Of a DNA stretch of 32,253 bases, positions 26,024-32,253 are shown piece after piece. Source of the DNA: a virus. The translations under genes and the position numbers were made by a program. A model generated the notes under the pieces. It did not search any database. It worked only from the letters and a program-made list of their open reading frames with translations, and was not told where the DNA came from. The stretch's first letter is position 1, and each line of letters begins with the position of its first letter. The stretch lies in the IMG/VR virus record IMGVR_UViG_3300009499_000172; one strand, written 5' to 3'.

Positions 26024-27967
26024 TCATTGGATACAAACGTTTGAAAACACGCTTCGAAGGACATCGACATACCTGACTGGGTCTGCTGGGTAGAGGTCGA
26101 TTAGCCGCGACTGTTCGTTGAACGTGATGTCATTCCACATCATCCAAAATGAGCTTGGTGTGATGACATACGTCTCATACTCATCACCCTGAGCGCATGA
26201 ACCGACACGACAATCACCCATCTCTTGGGCGACGATTGTCTCACGTGATTGCATCGTCGTCTGCTCCCATGTCTGCGCAGGCTCATCAGTGATGATTATG
26301 ATGTATGGGTACGCACCCGTGTTGCTACCCATGGGTGAACGCCAACCTATGTGGAGCGGGTCTGCTGGATTCGCTGCCAACCACCCAACATCATAGCTCG
26401 GCTCAAGACCACCGTAGCTACAATCAAGCGATGCTAATGCTCGTTGGAATTCAGTGATATCGACGAGAGCGCTTGTCTGTGAGCCAGTGAGCATTAGAAC
26501 GGGTATGCCTGATGCAGAGCCTGATGGTTCAACACCAGGAAAGACGCCCAAACAAAAGCGATGCTCAGAGCCGATGAAGTCTGTGGCGTATGCAGAGATG
26601 CCTGCCCTCAATGCTGCCATCGTGGAGCACATCGACCCTGAGCCGTCGATGAAGAAACATATATCGACGCGCTCATGTGGATTGAGCTCTTCATCGATTA
26701 GACCATCACAATCATCATCCCTGTGGTTGCACACCTCAGCAATCGGAACAACAGAGCCCGCACACTGCGTCCATGTGCCAAAGTCACACATCTTTGAACC
26801 CATGCGACACTCACCGACACCAGCCGTCGATGCATCACCACACTGCTCAGCATAACCGTCAATGAGACCGTCACAGTCGTTATCTACACTATCGCATTTT
26901 TCTGGTTCAGTCGTCAAAAAGTAGCATGGACCCCAGCTACCCATATCATCACAGATTGAGACGCCCACGCCGCAGTTCGTTGGAAGACCGGTTGCCCTAT
27001 CTATGACATTTTCCCTACAGAGCATGACATCATCAGCAACGCAAGAACAACCCTCGTCGACACGACCGTTGCAATCGTTATCGATGCCATCACATAGCTC
27101 AGCAACGGGCGTCGGAGCATCACAATCAACCCATACACCACTGCTACAGTGTTCAATGCCACTTCCACACACTGTTGAACACCGCCTGAAGAGGCCATCA
27201 TCAATGAATCCGTTGCAATCATCATCAGAACCGTTGCACACCTCTGACGTAGGAAGGATGGCATTAATGCACACGCGGTCATGCTCGGGCGTGCAAATCA
27301 AATCTCCCATATGACACGCGCCGATGTTTGATGTTCCACACTGCCCAGATGATGTCTCATCCGTCAATCCGTTGCAGTCGTTGTCTAGCCCATCACACAC
27401 CTCATGCTCAGGAAGACGTTGGCCAACGCATTGACCTGAGATGCCACCTGAACAAAACGCAAGACCCTTTGAACATATCGACTGTGATGAAAAGACTGAC
27501 ACGAACGGACCGGTCCAACAAACATCGTAAAAAGCGTCGATGACGCCATCACAATCATTGTCTAACCCATCGCAAAGCTCTTTAGCATCAGGATTGATGA
27601 ACGGTGTCGTGTCATCACAATCACCAGAGCACGCTGTGTATCCGTCAACGTCTGAATCAAACCCTTCATCGATGAGGCCATCGCAGTCGTTATCTAGCCC
27701 ATCACAGAACTCGTCTGTGGCCGCTACGAAGCCATCGCACCTATCGACGACGTTCAGTTCATTGCATGCAGTGATTCCCATCTTACATGCGCCGCGTAGC
27801 TTAAGAGCCTCGAGGCCTGTCGTGATAACCTCACCGTCGCTAACGATGCATGGGACAGGTATTGGACATGCATGGCCCAGACCATCAGGTTCAGAGCATG
27901 CTGATATCAGCAGGATGACTGAGACATACGCTATAGCACGTGATTTCTTTGACTGATTTAGGGCCAT
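26024..27967 (-). CDS. lipoprotein with seven tandem Cys/Asp-rich repeats (CxGxDNDCDGxxDE; TSP3-like / putative Ca- or metal-binding) and a C-terminal VWA-like domain
   Basis: Signal peptide plus lipobox MALNQSKKSRAIAYVSVILLISAC. The repeats are CDGLDNDCDGLIDEG, CDGLDNDCDGVID, CDGLDNDCNGLTDE, CNGSDDDCNGFIDDG, CDGIDNDCNGRVDEG, CDSVDNDCDGLIDG and CNHRDDDCDGLIDEE. MIDAS-like motif ICFFIDGSGSMCS. Confidence 0.7.
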   Translation of the reverse strand: MALNQSKKSRAIAYVSVILLISACSEPDGLGHACPIPVPCIVSDGEVITTGLEALKLRGACKMGITACNELNVVDRCDGFVAATDEFCDGLDNDCDGLIDEGFDSDVDGYTACSGDCDDTTPFINPDAKELCDGLDNDCDGVIDAFYDVCWTGPFVSVFSSQSICSKGLAFCSGGISGQCVGQRLPEHEVCDGLDNDCNGLTDETSSGQCGTSNIGACHMGDLICTPEHDRVCINAILPTSEVCNGSDDDCNGFIDDGLFRRCSTVCGSGIEHCSSGVWVDCDAPTPVAELCDGIDNDCNGRVDEGCSCVADDVMLCRENVIDRATGLPTNCGVGVSICDDMGSWGPCYFLTTEPEKCDSVDNDCDGLIDGYAEQCGDASTAGVGECRMGSKMCDFGTWTQCAGSVVPIAEVCNHRDDDCDGLIDEELNPHERVDICFFIDGSGSMCSTMAALRAGISAYATDFIGSEHRFCLGVFPGVEPSGSASGIPVLMLTGSQTSALVDITEFQRALASLDCSYGGLEPSYDVGWLAANPADPLHIGWRSPMGSNTGAYPYIIIITDEPAQTWEQTTMQSRETIVAQEMGDCRVGSCAQGDEYETYVITPSSFWMMWNDITFNEQSRLIDLYPADPVRYVDVLRSVFSNVCIQ

Positions 27968-28001
27968 CTATACCTTGTATCAACGAAAGTAATAGATGTT
28001 A

Positions 28002-28268
28002 TCACTCGTCTGCATCAAAGATATCAACACGTTTCTTTTTCTTCGGCTTTTCAACGATAATACTCTGTTCAACGTTATGTTGCGTTTCAGCCAAACGTCT
28101 CGACTCAATGATTGCCCTGACAGCAACGACATCAGCTGCATCAGGCACAAGCCCACGAAATGCACACCTGGGCGCAAAATCGTCGATGCTGTTGATGTCG
28201 TTGTCGGCGACCCATTCCTCGAGCTTCTGCTCTGTTCGTAAAAGATAAACGCTTAGTTTCATACCCAT
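28002..28268 (-). CDS. hypothetical protein
   Basis: 88-aa ORF with a basic stretch KPKKKKR. Confidence 0.3.
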   Translation of the reverse strand: MGMKLSVYLLRTEQKLEEWVADNDINSIDDFAPRCAFRGLVPDAADVVAVRAIIESRRLAETQHNVEQSIIVEKPKKKKRVDIFDADE

Positions 28269-28280
28269 GTTGATAGATAC

Positions 28281-28541
28281 TCAGACGTTCGTCTTTGATA
28301 CCCTTGTGTCGTATATCTCATGAAGATATGAAACAACGAGGTTCTGAAATGATTGTGACGCTGCCAGCTCGGCTGGGTCGCCTGTTAGGCCGTACGTACC
28401 CATCAACGCGATCGCAAACTTTTCCATGACCCTCAAAACAACGTTCCTCACGGTCGAATGACCACATGGCTTATCGTTAAGCGTCATGATGTCTGCTATC
28501 ATCCTGTAGTCCATCCCTTCACCCATATCATCAATTCTCAT
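28281..28541 (-). CDS. small protein with sigma-70 region-4.2-like helix-turn-helix
   Basis: [37 protein letters not shown] resembles sigma70 DYTLEEVGKQFDVTRERIRQIEAKAL. The ATG overlaps the sigma gene stop (ATGA). Confidence 0.4.
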   Translation of the reverse strand: MRIDDMGEGMDYRMIADIMTLNDKPCGHSTVRNVVLRVMEKFAIALMGTYGLTGDPAELAASQSFQNLVVSYLHEIYDTRVSKTNV

Positions 28542-29374
28542 ATTGCGACCCCCGTCGATGCATTCTCAAGCATTCGAAGCTCTTTGTGTGTGATTGGAAA
28601 CCTGACATCATCTGTCGGGTCCTGCACGATTCCAAACCTAAGCACGAGGATTGCAGTCTCACGTGGAGTCAGTGAATCCAACACCTGTGATATTTTCGAT
28701 ATAAGCTCTTTTTTGTCGAACATGTCAAACGGAGACAGAGAGTCATCATCTGGAATGACATCACGCAACGTCTTTATTGACCCAGCGTCATGCGACCTAC
28801 CCACCTCAGCGTCGATTGATACGACGTATGGTGTTCCGCTCAATGCCGTCGATACAGTCGTCTCTGTGATTCCAAGTAACTCAGCAAGCTCAGCACGTGT
28901 GGGCTCTTGACCATGAAGTTCAATGAACTCATCACGTGCTGAGCTTAGCTCAGCAAGGACAGAGCCATTCCTACCTGGGACGCGAATTGTTCGACCCTGG
29001 TTCGCGATGAACCGACCGACGGCCTGACGAATCCACCACGATGCATACGTTGAAAACCTGAAGCCGCGGCGCCAGTCGAACTTATCAACAGCCTTCATCA
29101 GACCGACATTACCCTCAGCAATCAGGTCTTCAAGGTCACAACCCCTGTTCTGTTGTGTCTTTGCGATTGAAACGACCAATCTGAGATTGGACTCAATCAT
29201 TTTTTGCTTGGCACGTTTTTGTTCGTGCAATGACACGGGTTGCGTGCTTCCGTCTGGAAGCACCAACGTTCCCTCAATCTTCTGTGAAAGCTCAATCTCT
29301 TGCTCTTTTGTCAAGAGCTTGCGGCGGCCTATCTGCTTCAAGTAGATGCTAAGGCCCTCTGGCGATTTTCTCAC
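28538..29374 (-). CDS. sigma-70 family RNA polymerase sigma factor (regions 1.2, 2, 3 and 4; no region 1.1)
   Basis: [54 protein letters not shown] matches regions 2.1-2.4 almost residue for residue. Region 4.1 [15 protein letters not shown], region 4.2 [18 protein letters not shown] start with AGGAG 6 nt upstream. Confidence 0.85.
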   Translation of the reverse strand: MRKSPEGLSIYLKQIGRRKLLTKEQEIELSQKIEGTLVLPDGSTQPVSLHEQKRAKQKMIESNLRLVVSIAKTQQNRGCDLEDLIAEGNVGLMKAVDKFDWRRGFRFSTYASWWIRQAVGRFIANQGRTIRVPGRNGSVLAELSSARDEFIELHGQEPTRAELAELLGITETTVSTALSGTPYVVSIDAEVGRSHDAGSIKTLRDVIPDDDSLSPFDMFDKKELISKISQVLDSLTPRETAILVLRFGIVQDPTDDVRFPITHKELRMLENASTGVAI

Positions 29375-29384
29375 TCTAACTCCT

Positions 29385-29439
29385 ACCCAAGCATATGCAA
29401 ATCCTACCTTTCTTTTGCTTGGGTGCCCGTTAAACGGGC
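29385..29439 (-). promoter_or_regulatory. structured 5' UTR of the sigma factor gene: 5-bp hairpin GCCCG-uuaaa-CGGGC and a 9-bp stem (ACCCAAGCA / UGCUUGGGU) whose 3' arm abuts the SD
   Basis: Minus-strand reading: ...TTGCAA-N18-TAAGAT (candidate promoter) ...GCCCGTTTAACGGGCACCCAAGCAAAAGAAAGGTAGGATTTGCATATGCTTGGGTAGGAGTTAGAGTG. Confidence 0.4.
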
Positions 29440-29496
29440 ATTTATGGTTGCATCTTAATCAATCGCACAAGGGCCTTGCAATACTAAATGCACGAC

Positions 29497-29877
29497 TCAG
29501 GTGATTGCTATCCTACGCGTCTTTTTTTCAGCACGACCAACGACTGGCATCACGATACGTAGCATCCCAGCGACATAGCTAGCTGTCGTTGCGCTGACGT
29601 CGATTGCATTGTTGAAGAACCACGTCGAATCGAACTCAGAGCATCCGGCTACGCTGGCATCACATGCGGGTGCTTTAACACGAACGACATCATCATCGAC
29701 ATCAATCGTGATATCTTCAATCTTACGACCCGGAATTGCTATCGTCAATGTATGTTCTGTAGCCGTCGAAACAATTGACGCTCTTTTGTCACTGACTGGA
29801 ATTTCGTCAAGCAAATACTTGCTGTTGAAGAACTGCGTTCGCAAGGGTGGAATATTGAAAAAGCTCTCTAAAACCAT
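29497..29877 (-). CDS. small heat-shock protein (Hsp20 / alpha-crystallin domain)
   Basis: TEHTLTIAIPGRKIEDITIDVDDDVVRVKA...SYVAGMLRIVMPV fits the ACD pattern (l.v.lPG...edi.v.v.d..L.i.g...GvL.i.lP). The likely start is the ATG at 29877 (GGAGGT 7 nt upstream); the ORF track starts at a GTG at 29898. Confidence 0.6.
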   Translation of the reverse strand: MVLESFFNIPPLRTQFFNSKYLLDEIPVSDKRASIVSTATEHTLTIAIPGRKIEDITIDVDDDVVRVKAPACDASVAGCSEFDSTWFFNNAIDVSATTASYVAGMLRIVMPVVGRAEKKTRRIAIT

Positions 29878-29946
29878 GATATGACCTCCATGAGCCACAA
29901 TCGGCTCCGTTAGATGTCATATATGCACCAAAATTGGAGGGTAAAA

Positions 29947-30303
29947 TCAAACAACATCAATCTCATCAGGAGCTGTGACGACAAGCAAAAAGACGCGACC
30001 TCGCTGCATTCTGAGATTGTTGTCATCACGATACTTTCTAGCTGCCTGAGACACAAGCTCAACGTAGAACCCATGCCCATCATTGAGCAGCTTTGACGCG
30101 TTCTTGATGAAATCACGACGAGGTTGTGCAAATCCTGCAATCGCGATGGGACCCTTTTTCATGTATGACTCAATCCACGCTATCAGCTTCTGGTGGTCAC
30201 CCGTTGGAACTGGGTTTGGAAGATGCTTTGCTGTCTTGAACGCTCCAAGAGAAGCATCATCAGGATGTTCTTTACCGAAGCACATGCTTGTGATAATCTT
30301 CAT
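29947..30303 (-). CDS. hypothetical protein
   Basis: 118-aa ORF. Confidence 0.35.
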   Translation of the reverse strand: MKIITSMCFGKEHPDDASLGAFKTAKHLPNPVPTGDHQKLIAWIESYMKKGPIAIAGFAQPRRDFIKNASKLLNDGHGFYVELVSQAARKYRDDNNLRMQRGRVFLLVVTAPDEIDVV

Positions 30304-30579
30304 TCATTTCTCTTTTCGAACGCTAACGATGATTTTTGCGTTTCTCAGACCGTCTGCACTCAACATTATGATATTGTTGGATGATGAATATGCACGTATC
30401 ACACGACCATGCTCTGTCTGCTCAAAGCATGACAGGCATATGAACCTACCGTTGACGCGATGCCTGTTATCATCAGCAGCATAACAGTTCACGTCGAAGA
30501 TGTCACCCTTTGACGGAAAGTGATGTCGTTCATACAACATCATGAAAGACTCTATGAGACGACGAACAAAGCGTATCAT
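30304..30579 (-). CDS. hypothetical protein
   Basis: 91-aa ORF. Confidence 0.3.
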   Translation of the reverse strand: MIRFVRRLIESFMMLYERHHFPSKGDIFDVNCYAADDNRHRVNGRFICLSCFEQTEHGRVIRAYSSSNNIIMLSADGLRNAKIIVSVRKEK

Positions 30580-30893
30580 CCTTCATCCTGCTTTTCATCA
30601 TTTTCGTATGGATTATCATCCATGCTTGTGACGAACTCGACCTGAGGTGCTCGAACAATGAGCTTACGGCCGAAGTAGTCCTTCCTGACAGTCACAGTCT
30701 CGCCATCGATCGATTCAATCATGCATGCTGTGCCCTTCTTACAGACGTCTGCACCATTCCTGAATTCATTCTTGAGCTTCGCGACATCAGGAAACTCTGA
30801 ACGCATGAATGTTGTGCCATCGAGCCGAACAAACAGCTCAACGGACGTCATGACCATATCACCCTTCTTCATCATCATCTCCAACATCAGCAT
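30576..30893 (-). CDS. hypothetical protein
   Basis: 105-aa ORF. Confidence 0.35.
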   Translation of the reverse strand: MLMLEMMMKKGDMVMTSVELFVRLDGTTFMRSEFPDVAKLKNEFRNGADVCKKGTACMIESIDGETVTVRKDYFGRKLIVRAPQVEFVTSMDDNPYENDEKQDEG

Positions 30894-31044
30894 GCTTCTT
30901 GAACGACCTCAACAGGAGGATGAATGCGATGAACGCCAAGAAAAACAACGCATGTAGTGGCATTCCGATGTAAAACGCAACAATCGTCAACAGGGCGTAT
31001 ATGAAGATGACTATGTCAGTGATGATGCTAATGAGAACCAGCAT
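30859..31044 (-). CDS. small two-TM membrane protein with acidic C-terminal tail (class II holin-like topology)
   Basis: LVLISIITDIVIFIYALLTIVAFYIG and ALFFLAFIAFILLL hydrophobic helices, then KKHADVGDDDEEG. Confidence 0.3.
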   Translation of the reverse strand: MLVLISIITDIVIFIYALLTIVAFYIGMPLHALFFLAFIAFILLLRSFKKHADVGDDDEEG

Positions 31045-31056
31045 TGTGGCCCCCTT

Positions 31057-31242
31057 TCAGAGGTGAATGATGATGACAGTCTCTTTCTCTTCTTGAGTGT
31101 CAGAGTCATTTGACGTTGGAAAAGGAAAATCATGAAGACCAATCTCAATTGAGGGACGATTGTCTATCTCTTGCTGTCTCTTAAGCCTTTCAATCTCTTC
31201 AATCATCCATGCAGGAGGAATATCCATGATTAATTTCAACAT
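31057..31242 (-). CDS. hypothetical protein
   Basis: 61-aa ORF. Confidence 0.25.
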   Translation of the reverse strand: MLKLIMDIPPAWMIEEIERLKRQQEIDNRPSIEIGLHDFPFPTSNDSDTQEEKETVIIIHL

Positions 31243-31263
31243 ATCAAAACCCCCGTTTAGATT

Positions 31264-31698
31264 TCATCGCCTTCCCTTATCTAAATAACCCTCAATTCTT
31301 CCAAGCGTTCTTGATATCTCATTGTTCTGCTTTATGAGGTCGTCGTTTTGTGATGCGATTGATTTGATTGCATCACGCATCTCGACTATCTGTCGTTCTT
31401 GGTTTTCGCCAGATATCTTCTGCTGGTACCTAGCATCACCCTGCGCCTGGACCCATAGGATGAACGAAACGACCATGACAGTGTATGTGACAAATGAACC
31501 GACCAAAAGCTTAATCACATCACCGATGCGAAGAACACGTTCAACGCTTTCTTTATGACCCACAATCTCAAACGGGTTATGGTCATCAGAACCATTCGTG
31601 CGACGCTCAATCATCTTTTCCTTCCCCCAGCTTTTTAACATTTTCAATGACGTGCATCTGTTGCATCCGAAGCTTCGACTGCTGTGCTCTGATATCAT
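31264..31698 (-). CDS. membrane-anchored coiled-coil protein (single TM then heptad region; i-spanin-like topology)
   Basis: TM helix LLVGSFVTYTVMVVSFILWV followed by QERQIVEMRDAIKSIASQNDDLIKQNNEISRTLGRIEGYL. The true start may be MIERR at about 31614. Confidence 0.3.
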   Translation of the reverse strand: MISEHSSRSFGCNRCTSLKMLKSWGKEKMIERRTNGSDDHNPFEIVGHKESVERVLRIGDVIKLLVGSFVTYTVMVVSFILWVQAQGDARYQQKISGENQERQIVEMRDAIKSIASQNDDLIKQNNEISRTLGRIEGYLDKGRR

Positions 31699-31870
31699 CT
31701 AGTTGTCGTGTGATACCACCAAACACAACGTCCTGTTCGTTCATCGTTTTCTGCTCATGGGTCATCATATCATGTGTAGAAATGCAGCAGCATGAAAAAA
31801 GAAAGGTGACAGCGATTGCACATGCTCGTTTCATACGACTATCGATAACTATCAACAGCCAATCAAACAT
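31607..31870 (-). CDS. small secreted/lipoprotein-like coiled-coil protein
   Basis: Internal start MKRACAIAVTFLFSCCCIS (signal peptide with Cys) followed by a coiled-coil segment. It overlaps the downstream ORF. Confidence 0.3.
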   Translation of the reverse strand: MFDWLLIVIDSRMKRACAIAVTFLFSCCCISTHDMMTHEQKTMNEQDVVFGGITRQLDDIRAQQSKLRMQQMHVIENVKKLGEGKDD

Positions 31871-32253
31871 CCTGTTTGAGTTGAACGACTTTCCTCACAT
31901 GTGCAATCGCTGTTCTTAAATACGGATGAAGCTGTTTCTCTGCTTCATCAAGAGAGAACCAGACGACCTCATGATGCTCATATATGCCTGAGAGCGGGTT
32001 GGGACAGAGATGAGGCGTCTGTGATGTTCGTCCGACGAATAACGCAACACGCTTCGAACGCTTACCCGGCTTGACCACGAAGATGGGCTCAACACCCCAT
32101 GGAAATGTGATATCATCGAGCCCAGCCTCTTCATGCGTCTCTCTAATTGCAGCCTGCATGTTCGTCTCATTGTCTTCGATGTGGCCCTTGGGAAGGTCAT
32201 AGCTTGAGTATGAACGAAGACAGAGCACCTCATGCCCACTTTGTGCGTCCCTG
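31863..32253 (-). CDS. Nudix hydrolase (5'-partial; reading frame stays open to the window edge)
   Basis: Nudix box GHIEDNETNMQAAIRETHEEAGL (Gx5Ex7REUxEExGU). No in-frame stop between 32228 and 32253 on the minus strand. Confidence 0.7.
   Translation of the reverse strand, partial: RDAQSGHEVLCLRSYSSYDLPKGHIEDNETNMQAAIRETHEEAGLDDITFPWGVEPIFVVKPGKRSKRVALFVGRTSQTPHLCPNPLSGIYEHHEVVWFSLDEAEKQLHPYLRTAIAHVRKVVQLKQDV

Noticed and set aside
28538-28568. Frameshift fusion of the sigma factor with the downstream HTH mini-ORF
   Set aside because: The downstream frame has an in-frame TGA eight codons before its Met. The sigma ORF already contains a recognisable 4.2 recognition helix ([15 protein letters not shown]). 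I kept them as separate genes, while flagging the oddity.
29425-29439. GCCCG-TTAAA-CGGGC hairpin as an intrinsic terminator for the sHSP gene
   Set aside because: It is not followed by a U-tract on the minus strand, and it sits in the sigma-factor leader. I treat it as a leader structure instead.
1-32253. CRISPR arrays, tRNA and rRNA genes
   Set aside because: There are no regularly spaced direct repeats. The intergenic spacers are short (mostly under 125 nt) and none shows the cloverleaf stem pattern or conserved T-loop GTTC context. No rRNA-like conserved stretches were found.
1-32253. Eukaryotic or giant-virus origin, considered because of the MVP gene
   Set aside because: SD-type RBS motifs ahead of many starts, GTG starts, a sigma-70 factor, bacterial-type IF-1, ATGA translational coupling and the absence of introns all indicate a prokaryotic expression context.

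Overview
The window is almost entirely minus-strand coding: about 59 tightly packed ORFs, many with 4-nt stop/start (ATGA) overlaps and AGGAG-like ribosome binding sites ahead of ATG or GTG starts. I therefore treat it as prokaryotic, and the gene content looks most like a large dsDNA phage or another mobile element rather than a core chromosome. It has two HNH endonucleases, an Rnl1-type RNA ligase, a RadA/RecA-family ATPase, a denV-like pyrimidine-dimer glycosylase, a Nudix hydrolase, an N6-adenine MTase, its own sigma-70 family factor, a small HSP, an IF-1 homologue, an M50 site-2 protease and many small orphan ORFs. I cannot prove the phage assignment without searches. Delta-60 repeats and CxGxDNDCDGxxDE repeats suggest a Myxococcota/Bdellovibrionota-like host lineage.

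The most striking item is an 887-aa ORF (17492-20155) that I read as a full-length major vault protein (MVP) homologue, with MVP repeats, a shoulder domain and a C-terminal coiled-coil cap-helix. It has its own sigma70-like promoter, a downstream GC-rich attenuator hairpin, a downstream gene for a secreted delta-60-repeat protein, and a strong terminator.

Other notable modules:
- A MoxR-type AAA+ ATPase gene followed by a gene encoding an HExxH putative metallopeptidase plus a VWA domain (DUF2201-like), with a perfect 13-bp hairpin between them.
- A lipoprotein with seven Cys/Asp-rich Ca-binding-like repeats and a VWA domain.
- An AT-rich, compositionally distinct island (about 10173-14421) encoding a T5orf172(GIY-YIG-like)-SF2 helicase fusion with an A9 slippage-prone tract, a gamma-class N6A-MTase and a truncated MTase remnant. 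A 13-bp perfect inverted repeat sits at its boundary.
- A 38-nt intergenic element present in two strong copies and one degenerate copy, each ahead of a minus-strand gene.
- A sigma factor with a structured 5' UTR next to a small HSP gene.

No rRNA, tRNA or CRISPR array was detected.
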